Positions 16,120 to 29,799 of a DNA stretch of 64,000 nt are shown piece by piece. This DNA is from the human T2T-CHM13v2.0 reference genome, Homo sapiens. Both the position numbers and the translations under genes were made by a program. The notes under the pieces were generated by a model. It ran no database searches and was not told the origin of the DNA. It saw only the letters and a program-made list of their open reading frames with translations. How positions within the stretch are numbered: position 1 is the first letter of the stretch; each line of letters starts with the position of its first letter. The stretch lies in NCBI RefSeq assembly GCF_009914755.1, contig NC_060926.1. One strand, written 5' to 3'.

Positions 16120-17831
16120 ATCTGCATATTCAGTGTACTCCCTATCAAAATATCAATAACATTCTTCACAGAAATAGAAAAAAATAATTCTAAAATTTAT
16201 ATGGAACCACAAAATACATAGTATCAAAGGCTATCCTGAGCAAAAAGAACAAAAGTGGAGGAATTACATCACCTGACTTCAAATTATGCTACAGAGATAT
16301 AGTAACCAAAGCAGCACATACTGGCATATAAACAGATATGCAGACCAAAGGAACAGAATGGAGACCCCAGAAATAAATCCATGCATCTACACTGAACTTA
16401 TTTTTGACAAAGGTGCTAAGACCATACATTGGAGAAAGGACAGTGTCTTCAATAAATCGTTCTGGGAAATTGAATATTCACATGCAGAATAATGACACTA
16501 GATCCCTATCTCTCACCATATACAAAAATCAAATTAAAATAGAACAAATATTTAAATCTAAGACCTCAAACTATGAAACTACTACAAGAAGACATTGGGG
16601 AAAATCTCTAGGACATTGTTCTGGGCAAAGATTGCTCGAGTAACACCCCCAAAACACAGACAACCAAAGCAAAAATGGACAAACAGGATAAAATCAAGTC
16701 AGAAAGCTTCTGCATAGCAAAGAAAACAACCAGCACAATGAAGTGATAACTCACAGGACGGGAGAAAATATTTGCAAGCTATCTGATGAGGGACTAATAA
16801 CCAGAATATATAAGGAGCTCAAACAACTCAGTTGGAAAAAATCTAAAAATCTGATTTAAAAATGGGCAAAATATCTGAATAGACATTTCTTAAAAGAAGA
16901 CATACGAATGGCAAACAGGTTTATGAAAAGGTGCTCAACATCATTGATCATCAGAGAAATGCAAATCAAAACTACAATGTGGCCTCATCATACCTCAGTT
17001 AAAATGGCTTTTATCAAAAAGACAGGCAATAACAAATGCCAGCAAGGATATGGAGAAAAGGGAACTCATCCACTGTTAGCGAGAATGTAAATATAGTACA
17101 ACCACTATAGAGCACGGTTTGGAGGTTCCTCAAAAAACTAAAAATAGAGCTGCCATATGTTCTGCAATCCCACTGCTAGGTATGTACCCAAATAAAGGGA
17201 AATCATTATATCAAGGAGATATAATGCACTCTCATGTTTGTTGCAGCACTGTAAACAACAGCCAAGATTGGGAAGTAACCTAAATGTCCATCACTTAGGT
17301 ACATACACACAATGGATTACTATTCAGCCATAAAAAAAGAATGAGATCCTGTCATTTGCAGCAACAGGGCTGGAATTGAAGGCCATCATGTTAAGTAAAA
17401 TAAGCCAGGCACAGAAAGACAAACTTTGCATGTTCTCACTTTTTTCTGGGAGCTAAAAATTAAAACAATTAAACTCTTGTTGATAGAGAGTAGAATAACA
17501 GTTACCAGAGGCTGAGCAGGGTAGGGATAGGGGGAAGTGGGGATGGTTAATGAATACAAAAATATAGTTAGAATGATTAAGAACTAGTATTTGATAGCAC
17601 AACAGGGAGACTACGGTCAACAGTAATTTACTGCATATTTTAAAATAACTAAAAGAGTGTAATTGGATTGTTTGTAACATAAAGAAAGGATAAATGTTTG
17701 AGGTGATGGATACCCTATTTACTCTGATGTGATTATTACACATTGCATGCCTTTATGAAAATACCTCATACATTCCACAAATATATACACCCACTATGTA
17801 TCCAAAAAAATTTTTTTAAAAAATAAAATAA
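16120..17831 (+). mobile_element. L1MA-type 3' end (ORF2 C-terminus, 3'UTR, A tail)
   Basis: ORFs 16286-16492 and 16908-17090 resemble L1 ORF2; L1MA-type 3'UTR 'gatagcacaacaggg...gaggtgatggataccc'. Confidence 0.85.
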
Positions 17832-20419
17832 CCTGGTACTTGACCAAACAGCTAGGTACCATAGCCTAGCCAAGTTGGCACATAATTAATCTGCAGATTT
17901 GGATTAAGACATTTTGCTCTAGAGAGATTACATTTGCTTCTGACAGTCTCTTGGGGACATTACACTAATCAGAGACCTACTTAAAACCAACTCAATTCTT
18001 AAGATGGTATGGACTATGCAAGATATTAAACTTCAGGTTGCAATTCCATGAGAAGCCTGGTATACTTCTGGTTGACCCTCACTCAGAGTATGTAGTTCTT
18101 TAAAATCCCAGCTCATTTTGCATAAAGTTGTCTCTTAAACCTCTTACTTCTGCCAGTCCTGGGCTTTGAATTTTTTCCCACTTGCCTTCCAAAATGATCA
18201 AACCCAATTTACAGGAGACACAAATGCAGGTCAAAAGTAGCTTTGGTGTTTCTTAAATTCTCTTCAATGTTTTAAAATAATATATTATTCAGGTTTTTTT
18301 GGTAAAGTTTTTGAGGGAGAAATTATTAAAATAATCTAGCCAAACATTGCTTCCAGAAGCTAAACCTAAAATTTTCCACTTTTCCAGTGCAACATGAAAG
18401 TTCAAACAAAACTTCCTCCTTATCAAAATATAATTAAAATATAAAAATCTGATGGAAAAATAAAAATTTTAAAGCAAGATTCTCCTTAAATTTTGTTTCT
18501 ACAGAATGACAATATCTGCATAGTGAAAGAAAAAAAAGAAAAGAGTGGTTTGTGGTCAAGTAAATTTGGCAAATGTTGCAATAAACTTTTTTTTCAGATT
18601 TCTCTGAACTTGATATAATATTTTTGCCTGTGTAAAGGAGAAGGGCATATTTTGCTGTGCTTTTTGAACTTATTTTACCATGAAATTTCTTCTTTACATG
18701 GAGCATCTCCAAGGACATGTGTTCCACAGCATATACTTAAAGTTGCTTGAAATTAATAGCTGTATTTTTCTCTTGTCCTAAGCTGGAGGTGCCTGCTCTT
18801 CCCTGCTGGGTTCTGCTCTATCCAGAATGGTGGCTAGAGTGCCATATTCAACAAGAGGGTGAGAAGCACAGAAAAGCTAGCAGGAGGGCTGTTCTGCATG
18901 TGCATAGGAGGTACAGGCGCAGGTTCACACCCAGGTGAAGAACTTTCCCAGGTCCTTGTGCTTCTCTGTACTCCCAGGCTTCTGGGACCTTGTGAGTCTT
19001 GTCAAAATCTGTGAGATTTTGCTCACCTCACACAGGCCCTGCACACTGTCCTCTGTGAGGGCCCGCGGTCTCACACCTACACTCAGGGTCAAGTAAAGAC
19101 ACTGTCTAGGAGCCCTGCTCCCAGTGAGCCCACCTAGAGAGCCCACTTTCACAGCACCAAACTTTTCACTGTTGGGTAGTTATGTGAGTTTCTTCTGAGA
19201 TTCTCTACATTGCTGTTTTGGAAACTGCTTAATTATAAGTAATTCAGTCCCTAAATTTCATTTGATAGAGAACATATTTCACTGTTGAATCACAAATTGC
19301 ATATGAATAAGTCATAGTCTGTTTCCTGCCTGCCCCATGATTTCATTATACATAAGTTTTATCACTGGGACCATTTCCAAAACATAAACCAAAGAGCTTT
19401 CATTATTAGTAGGACTGAGCATCATTTTGTGTTTTCTGGTCTTCTTTTTACTCATTGTAATTCTAAAGGCCATGTTAATCAATTTCTGAAACTCACTTAA
19501 CCTGGTTCTAATTGATTAATGCATTTCCTCTCCATGTATTAGGCATTTTCTTTACTCTTGCTTTTCTTCTCAGAAAAATAAATGTGTATGTATGTGTGTG
19601 TGTCTATATACCTTGTAATCATTAATATGACTTGGAAAATGTTAAATTAACTAAAGTGAATGTGTAAAATAAGTTGGGTGAAAATATAACTTCATTGCAA
19701 TATTGAGATTTTCTCTAGGGATGAGCAGGTCCCTCTGCTGAAGTCTCTAATTCCCCTTTTCACAGTTTAGTGATTCCATGCCTCTCCCACACATGGCTTA
19801 ATTGGTGCAGTCTTTTGAACTTCTTGGAGTGATGTTATATTTAGTTGCCAATATTATTTCTGCTTTCTGTTCTCATGGTTTCTCAGTCAGGCAATCAGAT
19901 CATCTGAAAATGCTACTTGGCCTTTGTTTCTGTATTTCCCAATTTTGTCTAAAGGTTTTGCTTATTTTTTCTGATCAGTCATAAATATTAGTGGGGACGG
20001 TGGCTTCTTTGTCTTTTTCCTAATGGCACTGAGACAGGAGTATGCCAGCACAGGCTGAGGTTCTTCTCTCTTTGAGATCTATCTGATAAATAATGTTACA
20101 GAATTATGCAAATGCTACCAGTTTTTGTGAGTCTTGAATCAACATAAAATACTGAATTTTAGAAAATACCTTTTTTTTGCATCTTTTCAGATGAGCATGT
20201 ATTTTTCCTCCTCTGACATTGTAAATATTAAATCTTTATATTTTTTGAAAATACCACACTCTAGTCATGGCCAAGAAAACCAGCCCGGTTTTACGCTCCT
20301 TCTTTAGGAGACCTGATCAACAGAACCAAGTAGCATTTTAAGACCCACTTAGTTCCTAAATTAAAATTTGTAGAATTTAGAAATGATAGGTCATACTTCC
20401 CAGGGGTATTTCTTCATTG

Positions 20420-20910
20420 AGTATAAGCTTTCAGTATGTAATGGATACGTTGTCTTAGTGCAAGAAAGTGTTTTTCTATTTGTATTTTGCTGGTTTATTT
20501 TTTAAATCATGATTAAATGTTGGATTATGTCAAATGCTTTTCTGTGTTTATCAAGATGAGCATTATTTTTGTCTTTTTCTATTAATATGATATTTTACAA
20601 TGATTTATTCTTAGATGTTAAACCATCACTGCATTTGCAAAATAATTTCACAAGGTTGAGGTATGTGATTCATTTTATATATTACTTTATTCAGTTTTCT
20701 AGTGTTTTTAGAGAATGTCTGTGTCTGCACTCATCAGGAGATAACTGGTCTGTCGTCTTAATTTCTTAAGATACTTTTGTCTGGATTTTGTATCATGCTA
20801 ATACTGGCCTCATGGAATAAACTGGGAAGTATTCTCTCTTGATAATGAAGGATTGAATTGTTAGTGAAGGACTGGTATTAATTCTTCATTAAATACTTAG
20901 TCAAATTCAC
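20420..20910 (-). mobile_element. Old L1M ORF2 fragment
   Basis: Antisense L1 motifs 'ttatgtcaaatgcttttctg', 'tatcatgctaatactggcctcat'. Confidence 0.55.
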
Positions 20911-22606
20911 AAGTTTTAAAAAATTAATTAGTACAAATTTTGGAGGACATGGCTGTAAATGTTTATGATAATTTATTTTCCTAATTTTATGCGCATCTAA
21001 TTTTGTCACCTTTTAGCTGTTAAATGCCATCTGCTCTTTTTATATGATCATTGATTGTTATCTTTCTATAAATTACAAAATACTATTTGTTAAAAGATTA
21101 AAAGGCTGATAATAACACTATTCATGTATTATTGACTCTAAACTGATTTTTTTCTCTTTTCAGATTGAACTTTAAAGACCCTAAGAAGTCTTGATTAGAT
21201 CGGATTTTAAGGTAAATGTTGCATACAACATCTCTTAATGGTCTTCTAAGAAGTCCCTATGGATTCTAGCAGGACTCCTATTTTGGTATTCTGTTCTCTC
21301 CAAGGTAGTAGTAACATACAGATATGAACTCAAGGTGGGAAAAGAATGAGGTAAGTTAGTTTAGATAAGGTAAACGAGAGGAGACAAAAATTCAATGAGA
21401 GTTTTTGCAAGTTGAATTCTAAGTAAACTTTGTGAATCATTTGGATTGAAAATGTGGCCTTACTTCACTCTGTAGTTACCAGAATTAGCCCTAAAACAGC
21501 TCATTAGCACTACTTGACACTTTGTTAAATATTCCGTATAAATTCCTACTTTCATAGACAGGGTTTTCATTTTAATTAGTTTCCACTGGTGTAGCATTCT
21601 TTCCAGAAGGAATGTCATTGTGGTTTGGATTATGGATTGATTTATCAAGTAATGAAGGTTACTAACAAAAGACCATCCAGGCTTACATCATCTCTTTCCA
21701 TACTTCTAATTCAGAACATCAAATAAGTTTAACTTTTCCATCTTATTTGCAATTATTTTCTTAAATTGTGTTTTGTCAAAAAGAAAAAAAAAAACTATGT
21801 TACTCATCCTTCTCTTACTTAACCTTGGATTACATTTCAAAATGATGATAATCAGCAAGCTGTAGAAAGTGGTATATTTATAGCAATATGGTAACCAACT
21901 TAATTAAGTAATATAAAAGATGTATTGAAATATCTGTGTTCTTTCTCTTGATTCAGATAATTTTCTTCATGATCTGAATTACAGATGGAATTACAGAAGG
22001 AATTACACGGCTTGATTACTTTTTAAAGTGATTATTGAGCTCTTCAGATATTTATTGGTTTCTCCGGATCAATTATCCACATTTATAAAGTGCTATATCT
22101 AATTGGCAATCTATTTCACTTACACTTTTTAAATTGCCCCATTGTTGGTCAAATAGTGTTTACCAGCACCAGACTCCATTATACAAAATAATTTTATTTC
22201 TAAGTAGTTTCCTTAAAGCTGTTTCTCTGATTATATATGACAACTTTGATAGACTACAGTCATCATACAGACTGAAGCTGCCATAATCATTTTCTATATT
22301 ATGGAATCAGTCTCTATTCTTTATAAATATGGGTCATAGCAACCAGTTAAGACTTGTTTTGCTACAGCATGGTTTACATTGTAGGTAAACTCAAGTGAAT
22401 AGCAAAACAATAATATTGAGAGTTCAATAGATAATGAAAACCTAGAAAATCCAGATTATTTAATAATAGAATCTTAGAATTAAATGAGATGACTTACGTT
22501 AGAATGAAATTATATAATCACATCAGTGATTATCTAGTACAGCTTCTAACTAAAGCAGAAATATCTTCTGGCATGTACTTGACAGGGGCTCATTATTTTT
22601 CATTTT

Positions 22607-22885
22607 TTATTTATTTATTGAGACAGGCTATTCCTCTGTCACACAGGCTAGAGTGTAGTGACATGATCATGGCTCACTGCAGCCTTGACATCCTGGGCTC
22701 AAGCAATCCTCCCACTTCAGCTTCTGGAGTAGCTGGGACTACAGCTGGCTAGTTTTCCTATTTTTTGTAGAGACAGGGTCGCACTATGTTGCCTGGGCTG
22801 GTCTCAAGCCCGTGGCCTCAAGCAATTCTTCCACCTTGACTTCCCAAAATGCTGGGATTACAGGCGTGAGCCATCACATCTGGCC
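22607..22885 (-). mobile_element. AluJ
   Basis: Diverged antisense Alu with J-type 'gatcatggctcactgcagccttgacatcctgggctcaagc'. Confidence 0.88.
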
Positions 22886-23127
22886 CCATTTTTCATTTAA
22901 ACAAACTCGATGGTGTAAAAAATCACTTGCTTATAGGACATCTCATATCTTGAAGCATCAGAGAGGTATCACATCCACACAGGTGAACTGTAGCCTTCAG
23001 AGCCCGACAGTATATGTTCAAATTCCATTTCTACTGTTTCCTGACTGGAAAGATGGGCACATTTCATAACATCCTGGTACTTCGATTTTGTGATGTGTAA
23101 AGCGGATTTCTATAAACATTAAATTCG

Positions 23128-23748
23128 TGTGGTAGGAGTTATGAAGAAATTATTTTAGGCACAGAGGAAAAGGGGTCCTTGGAATGTTTTTGTTTCTTTT
23201 TAAAGCAGCTCAAGAAACGTTTCTTATCTAGCAGAGAAGCCCTGGCTCTTAGGGGCGGCAACCTTTGATATGTAAATGCAGGCCATTAGAAACTGGGTCC
23301 ACCCAACACGGTGATTCTCACCATTGTCCTCTTGCCCTTGCCCCCACGTGTCCCTGGCAACATGGCTGCCCCCACATATCCCCAAGTATGGAGCCCTGCA
23401 TTTGCATATTAAAAGGCTAGGGTGGAAAGGCCAATTTTTTCCCAGGCTACATGAATAACATGGCTGGTCAAACCAATCCCCTGAGTCCTATGCAAATCAG
23501 ACACTGCCTCCTCCAGCCTCCTCATAAAACTGGCTGGTATCCTCGGCACATGGGCTCTCCTTTCTCGGCTTTGGAGCCCCTCACTCTGTCTCTGTACAGG
23601 GGAGTTTCTTTCTTCTTTCTTCTCCCTTCCTTCTTGCCTATTAAACTCTCTGCTCCTTAAAACCACTCCACATGTATCCATGTCATTTTATCTAATTCGA
23701 CTCCAGACGAAAAACCCTGGTGTTCCTCCACTCATTGGAGCCGTATCA
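23128..23748 (+). mobile_element. ERV1-class solo LTR (MER61-like; family uncertain), inserted in or next to a MIR
   Basis: TG...CA ends, ~620 bp, ATGCAAAT octamer, ATTAAA polyA signal, near-TSD ttcg/ttag. Confidence 0.75.
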
Positions 23749-24819
23749 TTAGTAAATATGAGTAAAGACACAGTTAATATTATATAAACACACAGAATAC
23801 TCTCATGAATGCAATAATATTTGTTAGAAAATTATTTTATATGTAAACCTAAATCTGTCTCTCAGTACCTTCCACTCATTCCTTCTGGCTCTGACTCTAA
23901 AACCATGCTATGCAAAACGTATCCCTCTTCTGTATTTCCAGACTCAGTCTTCTGGGCCTTCTTTTCTTTAGGCAGAGTGTTACTAAAGGCCTAACATACA
24001 TGAATACTGTCTTCAAGTCAGTGGAGTCCTAGACTAAGATTCACATGTTTCTTCGCTTTTTGGCTGATTCGCTGCAGCACTCTTTTTATTTTTTTCTTTT
24101 CAGTTTTACAGATCTTCAGCATATATCATATTTCTTCACAAACTTGATGTCTTTATTTTAACAAAAGTTTAACCACGAGTTTTAGGGTAAGAAAAGTATG
24201 CCATATATGCAATACATATGCACACACAAACACACACACATCACATACACATTGTTGCCTGTGTATCCCATAGAGTACACATTTCTGAAGCACTTTTTCC
24301 CTAGACCAGCTTCATCAAAATAAATAGTAAGTAACTTATCACTTCACTTTCAGAAAGCAGGGTTGTTTGCATTTCTTCAGTACTTCTACCAAGACTTCAA
24401 GAGGCCAGAGATACTGATCAGGCAGGAAATTACACAGAGGGAAAATAACATACATGAGTCCTAAAAATGTAGACTGTAAAGCATTCAATATGAAGGATGA
24501 AACCTACACTCTGTATCTACAGGTTCTTTAGTTCATGGATACAACTTGCTGTAATATGCCCTTTTTCCATTTGTTTATACAAGTTGATTCATATAATCTG
24601 TGTGCCTCAAATTTGCATAGAGACTTTGTTACTACTCTCCTATTAGCTGTAAGACTCTGTATCTAACCACCTCGGCAAAAATTGTGACAGTGAAAGTAAT
24701 GTGACCTAATTTCATCTTGCTTGTGACCTTTAAGCTGCCCTTGCTCATTCCTGAGTGTAGGCCAAGCTAACTATGGGAGGAATTTAGTTTATAGCTTAAC
24801 CTGAAAACAAAGATGATAA

Positions 24820-25614
24820 TGTTACGGTGGGGCCGGGTGGGGTGGGGTGGGGCGGTGGGGGGAAGGAGAGGGGTCCTTGCTCCCAGAGCTCCCAAGATGG
24901 TGGTGGGCTGCTTCCAAGACGGTGGCAAGCCTTGTTTTTTCTGACCTGGGGTTCTTGGCCTCACGGATTCCAAGGAATGGAATCTTGGGCCATGCGGTGA
25001 GTGTTATAGCTCTATTAGAAGCCGTGGGTCACAGAAGAGAACCATTGAACCCAGAGACTAGTGTTCAGTTCAATTAGGATGAACCCGGGCACTCAGCTGT
25101 GCAGGAACAATGGCAAGCCTTTAGCCCAGTCAGGAGCAGCAATGGGCGCCTCCTGGATCAGAAGCACAGCAGACACCCTGCTGGATCCAGAGGGATGGAA
25201 ATCAGCGGTGGGTCTGCGACATCGGCAAACAGCAGTGGTGGACGGCAAGCAAAAGCTCAGCTCCAGCCGTAACAAACACGGACCAGAAGAGAGTGCAGCT
25301 GCAAGATTTAATAGAGTGAAAACAGAGCTCCCATACAAAGGGAGGGGACCCAAAGAGGGTAGCTGTTGCCGGCTCGAATGCCTGGGTTTATATCCTGATC
25401 ATTATCCCTCCAGCTTGCTCTCAGGCAATAGATGATTGGCTATTTCTTTACCTCCTGTTTTTGCCTAATTAGCATTTTAGTGAGCTCTCTTTACCACCTG
25501 ATTGGTGGGGTGTGAGCTAAGTTGCAAGTCCCGTGTTTAAAGGTGGATGTAGTCACCTTCCCAGCTAGGCTTAGGGATTCTTAGCCTAGGAAATCCAGCT
25601 AGTCCTGTCTTTCA
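24820..25614 (-). mobile_element. LTR17 (HERV-W) solo LTR
   Basis: Reverse complement begins TGAAAGACAGGACTAGCTGGATTTCCTAGG and ends GTAACA; TSD ATAA (24816-24819, 25615-25618). Confidence 0.92.
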
Positions 25615-25930
25615 ATAACAGTCCCTTCCTAAAATAAACCCCTTCCTTCCTTGGGGATCAGACTTCCTTTGAAACTAACAAATTGGCCACAAGATTAGAA
25701 ATTATGGCTCAGGAGTCATGCAGCCAGAGGCCACAAGATTCTTCACCTCCCCAGTTGCTCCCATAGGTAACATTGCTATTATAAAACCTAAGATTGGTGT
25801 TTGAGACATTTTTTCAGAGCCTGCATTGTGATGGACCAGCTGGCACCACCCAGGCTGGTAACCTGGTTTATCTGGTCTCAAAAGCTAAAGCTCCAACCCA
25901 AAAACTGACTCAGTACAAGAAGTCAAGCTC

Positions 25931-26625
25931 CTCTATAACTGCCCAAGGGGTTCACCTTGCCTGTTGCCTAGACAGAGCCAATTTATCAAGATAGGGGAAT
26001 TGCAATAGAAAAAGAGTAATTCATGCAGAGCCCGCTGTGCAGGAGACCAGAATTTTATTATTACTCAAATCAGTCTCCCTGAGCATTCAGGGAGCAGAGT
26101 TTTTAAGGACAACTTAGTGGGTGGGGGAAACACAGTGAGCCAGGACTGCTGATTGGTCAGGGATGAAATCATAGGGAGACAAAGCTGTCTTCTTGCACTG
26201 AGTCAGTTCCTGGGTGGGGGCCACAAAATCAGATGAGCCACTTGATCAATCTGGGTGGTGCCAGGTGATCCATCAAGTGCAGGGTCTGCAAAATAGCTCA
26301 AGCACTGATCTTAGGAGCACTTTAGGGAGGGTCAGAATCATGTAGCCTCCAGCTTCATGAGTCATAAACCATAATTTCTAATCTTGTGGCTAATGTTAGT
26401 TCTACAAAGGCAATCTAGTCCCCAGGCAAGAAGGAAGTCTGCCCTGGGAAAGGGCTGTTACTGTCTTTGTCCTAAACTATAAGCTATAAACCAAGTTTCT
26501 CCCAAAGTAAGTTCAGCATACGCCCAGGAAAGAACACGGACAGCTTGGAGGTTAGAAACAGGATAGAATTGATTAAGTTAGATCTATTTCACTGACTCAG
26601 CCATAATTTTGCAAATGTAGTTTCA
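25931..26625 (-). mobile_element. LTR8 solo LTR
   Basis: Reverse complement begins TGAAACTACATTTGCAAAATTATGG and ends ...GGTGAACCCCTTGGGCAGTTATA; TSD GCTC (25927-25930, 26626-26629). Confidence 0.85.
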
Positions 26626-26999
26626 GCTCCAACTCCCTGTGATTTCATCCCCAACCCAACTAATCAGTATTCCCCATTCCGTTGCCCTCTGCACACCAAA
26701 CTATACTTAAAAATCCCTAACCTCCAAATTTTTAGGGAGACTGATTTAAGCAATAATAAAATGCCTGTCCTTCAACTTAGGCAGTTCTGAGTTTACTAAA
26801 CTCCTTCTCTATTGCAAAAGGCTGTTCTCAGTGCATCAGGTTTTCTGGGAAGCAGGCAAGATGAACACATCAGGTGATTACATATACAAGTTATTTAATT
26901 TCTTGCTGCCACTTCTGACAAATTATGTTTAGAAACAAGCCTTCTTACCTCATAGAACTTGGGTTATCATAAGCAAAAGAAACTTTGAAATTTTGAAAT

Positions 27000-27508
27000 T
27001 GTAAGCAGACAGGGAAGGTCTCCAGGGATTATAGGAATTTAATCAACTTTAGCAATCAGCCTGTTTTACTGCCTTCTGCCCTGAAGTCTGTTTTTTTCCA
27101 AACCCTATGTGGAATGCAGTTACCTTGTTGATTGGAACCAGCTCCTGACAGACCCCAGCAACTTATAGATGAGTCTGAGTGAACTTCCCTTGTTACCATG
27201 CTGAAGTCTCCACCTGGGAGAAGCAGTAGCTTCATTACCTTAACATGCAACCTGTGAACTGGCATAATCACTGGCTGCTTCTGCACAACTGGAACCCCTC
27301 CTCTACATGTGGTGACGCACCCTCTCCCTATATATTGCCCCATATAATCCTCTTGTCACTTTCCCTCGAGGAGACAGTGCTTTGGAGAATACTCTCAGTG
27401 TTCTCCTTACTTGGGCCAGGTAATAAAACTCCTATTGATCAAAACCTTCATTCTTGTGGAGAGTTATTTGTTATCAGGCAAATAAACCCTGTTTTTTGGG
27501 GAAAAACA
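27000..27508 (+). mobile_element. ERV1 solo LTR (LTR15-like)
   Basis: TGTAAGCAG...AAACA ends, TATA-like box and AATAAA, TSD AAAT (26996-26999, 27509-27512). Confidence 0.75.
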
Positions 27509-27978
27509 AAATTACTCTAAAACCATAAAGTAAAAAATAAAATAAAAAATTATCAAGACAATAGCTGTTAACAGTTCTGAGAAGATTCGCGAGATTCAGG
27601 GGTTTTTGAACTTTTTTTTTAATCATCTAGAATATTTGGGTATACCTAGTAGTTTCTTTCCACAGCATTCAAACACAGGATCTGGGAAAGTAACCTGTAT
27701 CAGATTTGTTAGATTTTTCTCTAGCTCTCAGAGGGCAAGAACTAAGCCTTCTCGTCAGGGAACTTCCACAAAAGTAAATATTTGATCATGATAATTAAAT
27801 AAATGTGTAACCCAAGAGTCAAAAACGTGAATCATCAGCATAATAGCTCTGTGCTGCTTCTACCTCTAGTCTGAGAAAATCCACCTTGAAATATTAAAAT
27901 TGTAAGCAGACAGGGAAGGTCTGCTTACAATAAAAAAAAATTAGGATTTTTTTTATTACAAAAAGACTAATATTAAAC

Positions 27979-29169
27979 TGTAGGAGCAAAAGGAATTTCC
28001 TTCCCTCCCTTTTCTGAAGGTTTGATAACTTTATTCTATAAACCAAACTTAAAATAGACAGATTAACAGGAGAAGGGCACACAAATATATTTATACATAC
28101 ATGAACATAGGAGCCTTGCAAACATGAAATTCAAAGGACAGAACAGATGGCTGAAGTTTTTACACCATCCTGAGGGGACAGAAAGATTAGGGGCTTGAGG
28201 CTTCTAGAGGAGGGAGGAGGTGGCATTCCAAGAGAATGATGGGAGGAAAGCATGGTGTGAAAACAAGTAATTCAGAATCTAAGCTGTTGGAACTTTCAGA
28301 TATTTTGAGCCTTAAGGGAATGTGATTATGGGACCTGAGTCATGTGACAGGCAGTTGTAACGCAGGCAGCAGTAATCTTTGTTGTTTTGGTTATCAATTA
28401 GCCTTTTCTTTACCTACAGTGTTTTATAAAATGTGGTAAATGACAGAAGGTTGCCAGAGAAGACCCCTTCCCTGTTCACTGTTGATCTTCATTGTAGATT
28501 AACTTTCCTCTTTCCTCTCTTACACAAAGACTTCATTACTATCACATTGTCTAAGATGGAACATTAAATATGCTTTTAAATTGGAAAGGATATGAAAACA
28601 AGCTGTTAAAAAAAAGTTAGTTGTAACTCATAAACGAGGCTTATATAGAAAATGTTATAATCCTACTAACTGTCCTTGTTTTCTGCTAATATAAGGAAGA
28701 ACTTAACTTTTAACTTCAGAGCACTGACCCCATTTCTCAGGAGTCCATGTTTCTTGGATAGTTATTCTCAGCTTTTCACTTAAATAAACTTTTTTAAATT
28801 GGGTTCTGATCCTGTCAATTATTTCAGGTTGACAATGGCAAGCAAAGTTTTTCTTATTATGCAGATGAAAGCTCATTGGTAGCAGCTCTTGGTATAGATA
28901 GGAGCCTGAGGAAAAAGTTTTAGTCTCCTTTGTTTGTGAGTTAATCTTTTCTAGATGTGGATAAAGGCAGATAAGGGATGGGGCTCAGAGAAAGCCTGTT
29001 TGTATTCACTGTCAACTTCACTTATGTAGATTTCCTCTACAGTTGCAAATCTTCCTCACAAAAGGACAGCTTGTAAAAGGTATTCCTATGGTCTGCAGCC
29101 TCTCTGAATAGCCACATCAAAATATATTAAGGACATATATGTGAAAGTGGTGTATTTTGGTTTCCTTCA
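27979..29169 (-). mobile_element. MER34/MER39-group LTR hosting a nested MER34A-like LTR
   Basis: Reverse complement begins TGAAGGAAACCAAAATACACCAC and ends CCTACA; sequence continuous across the ATGG TSD. Confidence 0.7.
28256..28834 (+). mobile_element. MER34A-like solo LTR
   Basis: TGTGAAAAC...TCTAAGCTGTTGGAACTTT start, ...CAGGTTGACA end, TSD ATGG (28252-28255, 28835-28838). Confidence 0.8.
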
Positions 29170-29799
29170 GAATCAAAACACATTAATATTTTTAGGATAT
29201 AAGAGAATTGCCACTATGCAGTAATCCCTGTAGTACTTTGGCAATGATAGGAATATTATTGCCTGTGATGCTACACCTTACTTTTGCTCTCTTTATCTTA
29301 TGGCACTTGGTGAGCCTTCAGAAGGTTTAAATGAAAAATTGAAAGCAGATGGCCCTTTAAGAGAGACTTTATGTATTAAAAAAATTTTATTTATTTAAAA
29401 GAGACTATTGCTTCTGCTATTTCAAGCCACCTTGAAGGGAAGCCTGAACAGTCGATCAACCTGTTGATGGAATGCCAATTTTATTACCATAAAGTAGTGC
29501 CTCAGGAAAAACTAATCAGAACTTTCATGAGAAATGCCCCAGATACTCTAGGGTCTATAGTAGCAGAGATCCCTAAACCAATGTTATTTGTTGTGGTTCA
29601 TTGGCAAGCATTATCTTTAATGAGCTGGGTGAAGGTTTCCAATGTTCTGTATGTGTTTTCACTATGAATGAGACAGGGTTTCACCATCACTTTTTCATCC
29701 AAAAGAGATTCATTCATGCCATAAACATACTAGGCACAGGTGATAGAATGGTGGATACATAGGCACAATCTCTCTTCCAGTGAAGTTTATGAAATAATA

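Larger units (their letters stand above)
24662..26882 (+). mobile_element. LTR8A-like host LTR split into three pieces by LTR17 and LTR8 insertions
   Basis: Pieces ~24662-24819, 25619-25930 and 26630-26882 join into one LTR8-family sequence ending ...ggtgattaca. Confidence 0.75.

Noticed and set aside
24767-25435. Overlapping 68-124 aa ORFs in a GC-richer patch
   Set aside because: They lie within the HERV-W LTR17 and its host LTR; no protein homology recognised.
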